Shown here: positions 49,801-61,200 of the stretch, in pieces
How positions within the stretch are numbered: the first letter of the stretch is position 1
How the letters are laid out: each line of letters starts with the position of its first letter
DNA from: Macrostomum lignano
Taxonomy: Eukaryota
NCBI GenBank assembly: GCA_002269645.1
Contig: NIVC01000157.1
Span: forward strand, 310,001-374,000
DNA length: 64,000 nucleotides
Reading direction: 5' to 3'
The notes under the pieces: generated by a model
What the model was told of the DNA's origin: nothing
The model's database searches: none
The model's input: the letters and a program-made list of their open reading frames with translations, nothing else
Program-made: the position numbers and the translations under genes

Positions 49801-52800
49801 TCTGGAGCATTGGGATCAGGGATCTGTAGTTTAGTGATCTGGGACTCTGGAGTATTGGGATCAGGGATCTGTAGTTTAGTGATCTGGGACTCTGGAGTAT
49901 TGGAATCAGGGATCTGTAGTTTAGTGATCTGGGACTCTGGAGTATTGGGATCAGGGATCTGTAGTTTAGTAATCTGGGACTCTGGAGTATTGGGATCAGG
50001 GATCTGTAGTTTAGTAATCTGGGACTCTGGGGTATTGGGATCAGGGATCTGTAGTTTAGAGATCTGGGACTCTGGAGTGTTGGAATCAGGGATCTGTAGT
50101 TTAGTGATCTGGGACTCTGGAGTGTTGGAATCAGGGATCTGTAGTTTAGTGATCTGGGCACTCTCGAGTGTTGGGATCAGGGATCTGTAGTTTAGTGATT
50201 TGGGACTCTGGAGTATTGGGATCAGGGATCTGTAGTATAGTGATTTAGGACTCTGGAGTGTTGGGATCAGGGATCTGTAGTTTAGTGATCTGGGACTCTG
50301 GAGTGTTGGGATCAGGGATCTGTAGTTTAGTGATCTGGGACTCTGGAGTATTGGGATCAGGGATCTGTAGTTTAGTGATGTGGGACTCTGGAGTGTTGGG
50401 ATCAGGGATCTGTAGTTTAGTGATCTGGGACTCTGGAGTATTGGGATCAGGGATCTGTAGTTTAGTGATCTGGGACTCTGGAGTGTTGGGATCAGGGATC
50501 TGTAGTTTAGTGATCAGGGACTCTGGAGTGTTGGGATCAGGGATCTGTAGTTTAGTGATCTGGGACTTTTGAGTTTTGGGATTCAACATCTATAGTGTTT
50601 AAAAAAAGTTGCATATAAAATATTTTAATTCTGTTTTTTTTAAGTCAATTTTTACTGCTTTTTAAGCCAAGTATTTTGTTTAGCATCGCGACAACTTTTT
50701 ATTATTTTTTTGTAATTTTATTAAATTATTCAGTTTATACTACTGCTACTACTCTCGTACTATTGGTCAGCAGTATTTTGGTATTGCGCATCTGAAAAAT
50801 ATCCAATTTAATTAAGATTTCAATCAGCAGCTGCAGCAACAGCTGCAACAAGATGGAGATGATGAAGCAGAGGCTGGACCAGAAATTCTTCCGGCCAGCA
50901 TGTGGACGAGAAACAATGCGGCCGAATTTAAGAAAGAGATTCTGCGCGACAGCCGGCACTGCTGCATTAAGATTGGGTCGCTGGCTACGGCTACGGTAAT
51001 CCGACTGACTGCCTGCTCTTCTCTAGGCTTAGTCCCGAGTTTAGTCCCGAGTTTAGTCCCGAGTTTAGTCCCGAATTTAGTCCTTAAAATGTAGTATTTC
51101 AATGTTCTTCTTTTGCGAATACATGAGTCCCACTTCTACATTCCCCAGATGTCCGAATCGCAGATCCCTAAATAGTCCCGATTGCTAAGAAGTCCCGATT
51201 ATTGCAGATCCCTAAAAAGTCCCGATCATTGCAGATCCCTAAGGAGTCCCGATCATTGCAGATCCCTAAGAAGTCCCGATCATTGCAGATCCCTAAGAAG
51301 TCCCGATCATTGCAGATCCCTAAGAAGTCCCGATCATTGCAGATCCCTAAGGAGTCCCGATCATTGCAGATCCCTAAGGAGTCCCGATCATTGCAGATCC
51401 CTAAGAAGTCCCGATCATTGCAGATCCCTAAGGAGTCCCGATCATTGCAGATCCCTAAGAAGTCCCGATCATTGCAGATCCCTAAGGAGTCCCGATCATT
51501 GCAGATCCCTAAGGAGTCCCGATCATTGCAGATCCCTAAGAAGTCCCGAATCCCGATCATTGCAGATCCCTAAGAAGTCCCGATCATTGCAGATCCCTAA
51601 ATAGTCCCGATCATTGCAGATCCCTAAAAATCCCGATCGCAGATCCCTCATAAAGTCCCGATTGAAATCCCTTAAACTCGGACCCCAAATAAAGGTTATT
51701 ACTGCTTTTATAAATGATATATCCTGTAGTTTAGCGCCGAAAACAGAGATCGACAACAATGAACCACATTGTCAATTTTGTTATAATCATGCCACATTCC
51801 TGCAGTTGATTATTTATTAAGTAGTAGACTATGTAATATTGCCTAAGTAGGTATATTTTTTCTTAGAAGTGTACTACAGTCTAGTAGAAGTCTCTATTAT
51901 TTCTACTCAGTTAATATATTATTTTCACGTGTCGCTTTCCGAAACGCATGTGTGTTAAATGCGTTTGCTCATAGCGGTGCACATCATGCACTTCATTTTT
52001 GTTGTCAATAATCTTTGCACGCTCTAAACGGATTAGCAATGCTACTTTTTTCCTTTGTGAAAATTCTACGTAATTTTTTAAATTAAATTTGGTTTACTAA
52101 CAGTAGAGTAATTTGGGTGTTCAACTGTTTTTTAGGAAAATTTCTGAAAAATTTGCGCTTAACAAAAATGATAAATTTATTGCAGCTTTGCCTGACAAAC
52201 CGGCCCCGGTTTTGACCAACGGCAACGCGGCGACTTCAAAAGTGTCGCCCGAGCTGCAGCCGCAGTCGCCCAGCGGAGAAGCGGCAACAACAAACAGCCT
52301 GATGACCGCGCCAAGCATGTGGTGCGATAAGCAGCTGACAGCCGCCCAGTTCAAAGCTAAACTGGCCGCTGACAGCGATGCCAGGCTCAAGATTGGCCCT
52401 GGGGAGGTTGTCACTGTAAGGATGCTGGAGACAGTGGAGTAGATGTGTAGATAGGAGAGAGTAGATTGTGGGGTGAAGGAGAGTAGATTGTGGGGTAGAT
52501 TAGTAGATATGAGACTAGATTATAGGGTAGATGAGTAGATAGGAAAGTAGATTGTGGGGTAGAGGAGCAGATGGAAGAGTAGATTGCGGTTAGATAAGTA
52601 GATAGGAGAGTAGACTATAGGGTAGATTAGATAAGAGTAGGTAGGTACTAGAGGTTACATTAGTAGATAGGAAAGTAGATTATAGAGTAGATAAGAGAGT
52701 AGATTATAGAGTAGATAAGTAGCTAGGAGAGTAGATTGTGGAGTATAGGAGTAGATAGGAAAGTAGATTGTGGGTAGAGGAGTAGGTAGGAGAGTACACA

Positions 52801-55657
52801 ATAGGGTAGATTAGATAAGAGTAGGTAGGTACATTTTAGAGTTTAGATAAGTAGATAGGAGAGTAGATTATAGGGTAGATGAGTAGATAGTGGAGTTAGG
52901 ATGGATGAGTAGATGGGACAAGTAGACTAGAGGATAGATTTAGCGAGTTGAGTGGAGTTAAATAAAAGAGGGAGAGGAGATTAGAGCGAGAGAGAGTGTG
53001 TGTATCAATCAGGGAGAGATGAGTTGCTCTGATTTTAAGCAAGCGTTTTTATTATTTTATAACTTTCACAAGTTAATTTTTTAACTTTAAATAGTTTCTT
53101 TAATCTCTTACATTTGATTTAACAAATATTCGATATTTGGTCTTGCAATGATGGCAATTATTTAGCTGGATAATCTGAAAGCTCATTAATTAGACACAGC
53201 CGGTACTTGGTAATACCCTTTAATCCTTTAATTGTTAATATTTATAATTTGTTACACAGACATATTTAATCATGTTGAATTATTGCAAACTGCAGAGAAT
53301 GTGGCAACTCAGTTGACAATGTGTGTTGTGTGTCCCTGTGTTTTGTATCGGTTAAATTCTTAGTTAATACTACTACTCACCAGCTCTTGTAAGTAGTGCA
53401 AACCGGGCATGTCTATGGTTTATTTTTTTCAGGTTCGCGTGCCAACTCACGAGGAGGGCTCGTGCATAGTGTGGGAGTTCGCCACCGACCATTACGACAT
53501 CGGGTTCGGCGTGTACTTCGAGTGGACCGTCTCGCCCTCTGACCGCGTCACCGTGCACATCAGCGAGAGCTCAGATGAGGAGGAGGAAGAGGAGGCCAAC
53601 GAGGATGGCAATAATGAGGCTGGCGAGGCTGAGCATCAAAAGCTTGACGGAGGTGGGTCGGAGTTGGCATCTATGGGTATTTGTTAAAATTATTCGGGTG
53701 ACCTACTTTGCTTTTTGAATGATCCAAGCAAACCGATTTCAATTTGTCCTGTTCGAGTCATGCTTGACCCATCTAAGTCATGCTTGACCCATCTGAGTCC
53801 TGCTTGACCTATCTAAGTCATGCTTGACCCATCTGAGTCCTGCTTGACCCATCTGAGTCCTGCTTGACCCATCTGAGTCCTACTTGACCCATCTGAGTCC
53901 TACTTGACCCATCTGAGTCCTGCTTGACCCATCTGAGTCCTGCTTGACCCATCTGAGTCCTGCTTGACCCATATTTGTCCTGCTTGACCCATCTAAGTCA
54001 TGCTTGACCCATCTGAGTCATGCTTGACCCATCTGAATCCTGCTTGACCCATCTAAGTCATGCTTGACCCATCTGAGTTAGCTTGACCCATCTGAGTCCT
54101 GCTTGACCCATCTGAGTCCTGCTTGACCCATCTGAGTCCTGCTTGACCCATCTGAGTCCTGCTTGACCCATCTGAGTCCTGCTTGACCCATCTGAGTCCT
54201 GCTTGACCCATCTGAGTCCTGCTTGACCCATCTGAGTCCTGCTTGACCCATCTGAGTCCTGCTTGACCCATCTGAGTCCTGCTTGACCCATCTGAGTCCT
54301 GCTTGACCCATCTGAGTCCTGCTTGACCCATCTGAGTCCTGCTTGACCCATCTGAGTCCTGCTTGACCCATCTGAGTCCTGCTTGACCCATCTGAGTCCT
54401 GCTTGACCCATCTGAGTCCTGCTTGACCCATATTTGTCCTGCTTGACCCATCTAAGTCATGCTTGACCCATCTGAGTCATGCTTGACCCATCTGAATCCT
54501 GCTTGACCCATCTAAGTCATGCTTGACCCATCTGAGTTAGCTTGACCCATCTGAGTCCTGCTTGACCCATCTGAGTCCTGCTTGACCCATCTGAGTCCTG
54601 CTTGACCCATCTGAGTCCTGCTTGACCCATCTGAGTCCTGCTTGACCCATATGAGTCCTGCTTGACCCATCTGAGTCCTGCTTGACCCATATGAGTCCTG
54701 CTTGACCCATCTGAGTCCTGCTTGACCCATCTGAGTCCTGCTTGACCCATCTGAGTCCTGCTTGACCCATATGAGTCCTGCTTGACCCATCTGAGTCATG
54801 CTTGACCCATCTGAGTCCTGCTTGACCCATATTAGTCCTGCTTGACCCATCTAAGTCATGCTTGACCCATCTGAGTCATGCTTGACCCATCTGAATCCTT
54901 CTTGACCCATCTGAGTCATGCTTGACCCATCTGAATCCTGCTTGACCCATCTGAGTCATGCTTGACCCATCTGAATCCTGCTTGACCTATCTGAATCCTT
55001 CTTGACCCATCTGAGTTAGCTTGACCCATCTGAGTCCTGCTTGACCCATATTTAGTCCTGCTTGACCCATCTGAGTCATGCTTGACCCATCTGAATCCTG
55101 CTTGACCCATATGAGTCCTGCTTGACCCATATTAGTCCTGCTTGACCCATCTGAATCCTGCTTGACCCATCTGAATCCTGCTTGACCAATCTGAATCCTG
55201 CTTGACCCATATTAGTCCTGCTTGACCCATCTGAGTCCTGCTTGACCCATCTGAATCCTGCTTGACCCATCTGAATCCTGCTTGACCAATCTGAATCCTG
55301 CTTGACCCATATTAGTCCTGCTTGACCCATCTGAGTCCTGCTTGACCCATCTGAATCCTGCTTGACCCATCTGAGTCCTGCTTGACCCATCTGAGTCCTG
55401 CTTGACCCATCTGAGTCCTGCTTGACCCATCTCCAGATTCCAAACCCGCTGATGGAGCGGCATCAAAGCGGCGACGTCCTGACGATGACAAGGCGGTTGA
55501 CGAGATCATCCCGGTGTTCCGGCGCGACTGCCACGAGGAGGTGTACTGCGGCAGCCACCAGTACCCCGGCAGAGGTGTGTACCTGCTGAAATTTGACAAT
55601 TCCTACTCGCTTTGGCGATCCAAGTGGCTGTACTATCGAGTGTACTACACAAAGTAG
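40865..55657 (+). CDS. ACBD3: Golgi acyl-CoA-binding protein ACBD3 (ACB, coiled-coil/Q-rich, GOLD). Exons 40865-40934, 46775-46916, 47014-47178, 48366-48527, 49247-49518, [50817-50995 OR 52186-52415], 53433-53652, 55437-55657
   Basis: [13 protein letters not shown]|[30 protein letters not shown]; [20 protein letters not shown]; SMW..|[31 protein letters not shown]; [35 protein letters not shown]. All junction phases are consistent (1431 nt with exon A, 1482 nt with exon B). The start Met is inferred. Confidence 0.93.
41662..42542. mobile_element. hAT-type MITE (881 bp) in ACBD3 intron 1
   Basis: 15-bp TIR CAGTGTTGGGCACCA / TGGTGCCCAACACTG; perfect 8-bp TSD TTTATATA (41654-41661, 42543-42550). 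Confidence 0.93.
42895..43430 (-). mobile_element. Tc1/mariner (IS630-type) transposase N-terminal fragment
   Basis: [54 protein letters not shown] is a paired HTH with GRPR linker (ATG at 43197). No DDE domain. Possible degenerate TIR near 43405-43430. Confidence 0.75.
43579..43807. repeat. ~230-bp direct repeat, copy A (copy A' at 45956-46185)
   Basis: Near-identical, with about 3 differences by eye; the two copies flank the Penelope/hAT block. Confidence 0.9.
43810..44056. repeat. Diverged copy of 41160-41393
   Basis: Shared blocks such as ttagtcactaagtatagtgtctaagta and gtgttaggcctaccaattgataaa. Confidence 0.8.
44173..44550 (+). mobile_element. Internally deleted hAT fragment (subterminal repeats and C-terminal dimerisation motif)
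   Basis: Starts CAGTGCCCAGG with tggcgcaaa/ggcgcgaa repeats. [34 protein letters not shown] matches the hATC motif. Confidence 0.75.
44540..45946 (-). mobile_element. Penelope-like retroelement RT fragment with inverted 5' segment (45770-45946, + strand)
   Basis: [67 protein letters not shown] are PLE RT motifs. The plus-strand piece encodes [23 protein letters not shown] possible 3' remnant lies at 44070-44160. Confidence 0.9.
47200..48270. repeat. 21-bp minisatellite (GAGATTGATAGATTGGAGTGY)n, ACBD3 intron
   Basis: Period 21, about 50 units. Confidence 0.97.
48841..49020 (-). mobile_element. SINE copy 2 (internally deleted), ACBD3 intron
   Basis: Shares agatgtgcaaccgacagctcagccgcagc, accctcaattaccccagctaatgctgg and the tRNA-like head (GGTTCGAATCCC) with 13542-13810, but lacks most of the CORE segment. 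Confidence 0.8.
49570..50580. repeat. 45-bp minisatellite (ATCAGGGATCTGTAGTTTAGTGATCTGGGACTCTGGAGTRTTGGG)n, ACBD3 intron
   Basis: Period 45; shorter subunits at the 5' side. Confidence 0.95.
51030..51660. repeat. 12-bp (AGTTTAGTCCCG) and 27-bp (AGTCCCGATCATTGCAGATCCCTAAGR) arrays between the two alternative ACBD3 exons
   Basis: Periods 12 and 27 seen directly. Confidence 0.93.
52440..52950. repeat. Degenerate purine-rich AGTAGAT repeat, ACBD3 intron
   Basis: Recurring gagtagat(t/a) units. Confidence 0.75.
53755..55432. repeat. 20-bp minisatellite (TGCTTGACCCATCTGAGTCC)n filling the last ACBD3 intron
   Basis: Period 20, about 83 units; runs directly into the ctccag acceptor at 55436. Confidence 0.97.
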
Positions 55658-56889
55658 ATCTGTTATAGATTAGTAGAGAATTCTGTTGCTTTTTTCAATG
55701 TTTTGTTCAGTGATCAATTCTTTTTTTTTCAAAATTTAGAAATAAAAACTATAAAGCTATTCCCCATTTATTTCAATTGCGAATGTCAAAATAGCTCGTA
55801 GTTTTATTAAAATGAAATTATGGTACACTGAGAACTACATCTGACTTAAAAACCTATATAGAAAGTCACATTGATGTCCTTGAACCGTAGCTGTTTCTTG
55901 GAATTTTGATTATTTGGGTTCTTCTGACAGATTTTTCACTCTTGTCTTCCTAGTAATGAGTTAATTTTATATCTAAAGTCTGTTTGTCGCAGTTTAACAG
56001 ACAAAAAATTTCTGTCGCAAAATATGCGTTCAGTCTACTCTGTCTTTTTTCAGTAGCAAAATTAGCGTTTTTAGCCTTTTTTAAAATGAGAAAAAAAATT
56101 TAGTTCCCATGCACTCTTAGTTTAGGAAACTACTGAAAAAAAGTAGTCACAGCGGGTTTTTTCAAAATTTTCCTCAAATGACGCATCTAATTAATTATTG
56201 ATAGAACTTTTTTCGAATAATATCGGATTATAACGGCTAATTAAATTATGTATGTATACAATATTTAATACGCATATTTACATGCTAGTACTATGTACTG
56301 CAGTTCTGGCTCACCCAGAACCATCCATGGTGTTGTGTATTCCTTCAGTTAGTTCTATGCTACTTTGACAATTTTTATATATATAATTACGAGTACGTTC
56401 TGAGTTGTGCATAAAAATATGGATGATTAATTTCTATTAATGTAATACTTAAAGCATTACGTTTGGTTTGTTTTGTTTAAAATTGTTTACAAATCCAAAT
56501 TCACTTGACTGGCATGAATGTCGAGTTATTGTTAATCATCTCTCTGTATTTCTCTTAGAGTCATATATTTGCTGAAATGCGTGAGTTTCCCGATATGATT
56601 ATTATAACAATTGCTACATGTATCTAGATAAATTGGTTTTAATTCAGCAATATGCAGTTGTTGGTGTTACAATTGATAAGGTGAGAAGGATATATGAATA
56701 AATATATGCATGCTATTGACAGAACTTTATTTAAGATTTCTGTCGGTGTTTATTTAATCCGTGATTTTTCTCTCTATAATCAGCTACTGTGAGCCTTCAA
56801 TAGTTTTGTTTATTTCGTGTGTTTTGATTTGTGCTTAGCGGCAAAACGCGTCTGACTCTCGCGCCACGAACCCTGGTTCGATTCCACCA

Positions 56890-57690
56890 AGACCGGGGTG
56901 CCCAATAAGAGACAGGGGCGCCCACCAAAAGACAGGGGGCGCCCACCAAGAAACAGGGGCGCCCACCAAGAGACAGAGACGCCCACCAAGAGACAGGGGC
57001 CCCACCAAGAGACAGGGGCCCCACCAAGACGCCCACCAAGAGACAGGGGTGCCCACCAAGAGACAGGGATGCCCACCAAGAGACAGGGGTGCCCACCAAG
57101 AGACAGGGGTGCCCACCAAGAGACAGGGGTGCCCACCAAGAGACAGGGGTGCCCACCAAGAGACAGGGGTGCCCACCAAGAGACAGGGGCGCCCACCAAG
57201 AGACAGGGGTGCCCACCAAGAGACAGGGGTGCCCACCAAGAGACAGGGGTGCCCACCAAGAGACAGGGGTGCCCACCAAGAGACAGGGGAGCCCACCAAG
57301 AGACAGGGGCCCCACCAAGAGACAGGGGCCCCACCAAGACGCCCACCAAGAGACAGGGGTGCCCACCAAGAGACAGGGGCGCCCACCAAGAGACAGGGGT
57401 GCCCACCAAGAGACAGGGGTGCCCACCAAGAGACAGGGGTGCCCACCAAGAGACAGGGGTGCCCACCAAGAGACAGGGGCGCCCACCAAGAGACAGGGGT
57501 GCCCACCAAGAGACAGGGGTGCCCACCAAGAGACAGGGGTGCCCACCAAGAGACAGGGGTGCCCACCAAGAGACAGGGAGCCCCACCAGGACGCCCACCA
57601 AGAGACAGAGGCGGCCACCAGGACGCCTACCAAGAGACAGGGGCGGCCACCAGGACGCCTACCAAGAGACAGGGGCACCCACGAAAAGCA
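56890..57690. repeat. 20-bp minisatellite (CCACCAAGAGACAGGGGTGC)n, the reverse complement of the 35-39 kb array family
   Basis: The unit is the reverse complement of ggtgggc(g/a)cccctgtctctt. Confidence 0.95.
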
Positions 57691-58203
57691 CTGAGCGTGC
57701 AAGTGCATGGCGCATTGTGCAGTCCACGCCAGGCGTATATTTGCAATTTTGTCTACTCTAGCGGTATTTGATCCTTTGAGGTCTGCAATCGTAACGAAGG
57801 GTTTAAGCAACCAGACTCTTAAAACGCGTACTCGTAATTCCACTGCTAAGTACTATTGCTGCTGCGTGGCGAGGGTATAGATTAGCTGGTGTTACAGTGT
57901 AGGTTGTTTTTACTTTGGTTTAAGTTATAAGAGCAACGTGCGCATCGAAAGCTCCTCGGGGTTTGGTCGCCTGTCTTTGGTGCGCTCGCTCTGTCTGGAA
58001 GGACTGTGGCTGTTTTGTCACGCTTGGTTGCTTTCCACTGTTTATTATTCCATTTATTAGCTGTATCATTCTTCTTGCGCCCCTTTATAATGCTGCAATT
58101 AGTTAAAATCTGGCCCGGCTTGGCGCTCCCTGGCTTGTGTGGCAATAAAGTCTGCAGCCACTACATTGCTAGCTCGTACTATCGTGATACGAAAGGCCCA
58201 CGG

Positions 58204-61200
58204 ATGATCAACGATACACCGTCTACTGAGCATCCGGCTGCAGCTTGGGCAGGTGAAAACATTGAACAAATTCTTGACATAATTTACCTGGCTAAGAGCT
58301 CAGCAGACCAGCAAGAGATACCAGCTGATGAATTGCGCAAAATTCAAGAGCGCGAGCTTCGGCCCATGTGGCTCGACCAAACCGATAATCCATTGTCCAA
58401 CATGGCTAGAAATGCAGTTGCTGGGGACAATGCAGACTTGGACCGCACGCTGGCGTACCTGACCGACCAACAGACGAGTCTGTTGCTGCGCCATTGTATC
58501 TTGCTTGGTCACCTGGCTTTGGCGCTTACCCTGCTGACTCGCGTGTCCGATGTCGACTGGAAGATAAGCAGCGACGAAACAGCACTCATGCTGGCTGCCG
58601 GCGCGGGACACCACGAGCTCGTCACGGCACTTCTCCATCGTGGCGCCTCAGTGGAAGCTGAGGACAGCGAGGGTTGGACCGCCCTGTCCAGGGCGTGTCG
58701 TGCCGGCCAGCTCAGAGTCATCAGGCTGCTGCTGGATGGAGGATCCGACGCGGATCACTTGGACCGGCTGGGCCGCTCATGTCTGCAGCTGGCCGAGCAG
58801 TGCGGACACGAGCGACAGGTGCTGCGGCTGCTTTCGAAACGGAGTGCTGAGCAAGATGTTAGCACCGCGTCAGCCACTCCGGATGGCCAATCGATTGGCT
58901 CTCCGGTTGACAAGTAATGCCACATGTACATGTACATGTCCATGAGACGTTTTTCATGAACTCTGAGTGAATGTACGAGTAGGCGCCTTGCTGCTGTAAC
59001 GCACTGAAACGAATTCATTGTCAATTAACGCCATCAAATCTTACATTTCTAGCCAATCGCTTGATGAAGAGCAAAGTCTGGAGTTGCACCAGTGGCTCAA
59101 CAGTGCCGGGTTCACTTCTGAGCGAGCCCAATGTCTGCAGCGATTTGCAGACTTTATTCAACAAATGGCACGTGGAATGCTTCCAGAAAATTGGACAATG
59201 ACAGGCAGTTATGCAGATGGCTGGGCCAACAGTCTGATTCAGGTTAACGGCAGGACGGGGGCAGATTCCGACATTGACTGGACAATCATAATGCCCCAAG
59301 TGTTTCATCTGGCAGGCGGCTGCCACTGCGAGGAACTGCAAGGAAACAAGCGACTTCAAGTAGTTCAAGGTCACGCTCAAGTGGAGGTCGGAACAGGTGA
59401 TCAACCTCTCTCTGATCGTGATGTTGCCCTTTAAATCAGACAAAGGACGTATAAGTTATTTCCGTTTCTTCCCTTCTTTGGCCCGAATTCCTCGGCTGAG
59501 AGCTCGTTTCTTGGCCGAGGCGCAGCCGAGGCCTAGAAGCGAGCTCTCAGCCGGGGACTTTGGGCCATGGACAGAAAGAAACGGAAAGAATATATTTCTT
59601 CCAAACTTAAATGGACCGGGCCAAAGAAATGAAAACAGCATTGAACCATAGACAGGCACGGCCCAGCCAAGTGGGGAAGAAGCCAAGTGGACCGTATCTT
59701 CTTGGCCGTATGCATAAAGCACTGTCTATGGTAATCCAGACTTGAAAAACTATCTTAGTCTGGATTTGGATTTGGTATGCAGAAACACGAAGTTAGACCG
59801 ATCTATGACTATAGGCTTTATACATCCCGCCCAAAAACTGCCTTCCTGCCGTCGCAGTCAGCAGGGCTAGCCATAGACTATGGCCATAAGCAGTGGCGGA
59901 TCTAAAATTTCATTTTGGGGGGTCCAAGTTTGGGGTGCCAACGTGAGTTTGAATTGAAGGGCGCCAATTTTTAAGCATAGGGGGCGCAAAAATGCGTGTA
60001 GGGGGCGAAAAATCAAGTTTAAAGGGCGTAAACTTCTCAAGGTTTTAGGGGGGCGCAATATGTTTATGTTCTGTCAAACTATTTTTTTTGGGGGGGGGTG
60101 GGGGCGGCCGACCAAAATACACCCCTGGCCATAATCCTCTAGTCGGGGACAGCTCGACTGATCACGACCTTTGTACCTCATCAGTGTGCCATCCTATGTA
60201 CTAAAAATGAAAATCTAATATAATAAAAATCATGAACTATATAATTCAGTATCTCCCACTGTATTCAGGAAACCAGCCAGCTGTGGCGGCGGCGGCCTGC
60301 GGAATGAGGCCAGCCCAGGACACCTGCTATGCCTTTGATTGCTGCAGCGGCTACTGTAAACAGGCGCTGATGGATTTGCAGGAAATCACTCGAGAAGACA
60401 GGGACTGTGTCCACCTTGTTAAAGCGACAAGACCGAACGCATCTAACGAGCTCAGAGTGAGCTTCAGCTTTGAAGAAAAGAAAATTCTACGTAAGATGAA
60501 CTCCGTTCAGGGCCAGCTGTTTACTCTGTTAAAGTTCACGTTCAAGCGGTACCTGCCGGGGAATCTGGACACACCTGGACTCAAGACCTACAATGCGAAG
60601 ACAATCATGTTCTTCATGCTGAAGCGGCACCACAGAGAAGAGGAAGCTGAGTGGCAGCCGAAGAATCTCATCAAGCTGCTCAAAGAATCGCTCGACATGA
60701 TGCTGAGCTTCATCGAATCGAACAGCTCACCTGACGAGTGCATGCCTCACTTTTTCATGCCCGACGCGCCGCTCTACTTCAAGAATGCTGGACTTGGCGG
60801 CGACTTAGACAACACTAAGTCAATGGTTCGAGACCGATTGAGGCAGGTGAGAAGCAGCACCGAGGACTTGTTTCAAGCTCTCCAGAAACTCATGCAACCA
60901 CTGCAGTCGAAGAGCTTTTATTTCCATCCATTCACTCTGCTCCCGTTGACTCAACCTTCAATTAAAAGAAAGATACACATCAGTGGTGGCTATCCACACT
61001 ATGCGGATGTGTACGGTGTTATATGCTACTGTGTTAAGAAATTGCATTCGAAGAGTTGCGACAAGGAGGACCTCTTGAGCCAACTCAAACTGCTCGAGAG
61101 CCTGCCTTGGTGCAAGTCCGCTGTTATCTGCCTGACTGCCATGGCCCACCTGAAATTCAAGGATATTACTTGTGCTGTCCAACTGATGAAGGAGCTCATT

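Noticed and set aside
50817-52415. Both SMW-containing ACBD3 exons included constitutively
   Set aside because: Exon A exits in phase 0 while exon B enters in phase 1, so joint inclusion frameshifts the GOLD domain.
54053-55466. Repetitive minus-strand ORFs ([20 protein letters not shown])n
   Set aside because: Antisense translation of the 20-bp array in the last ACBD3 intron.
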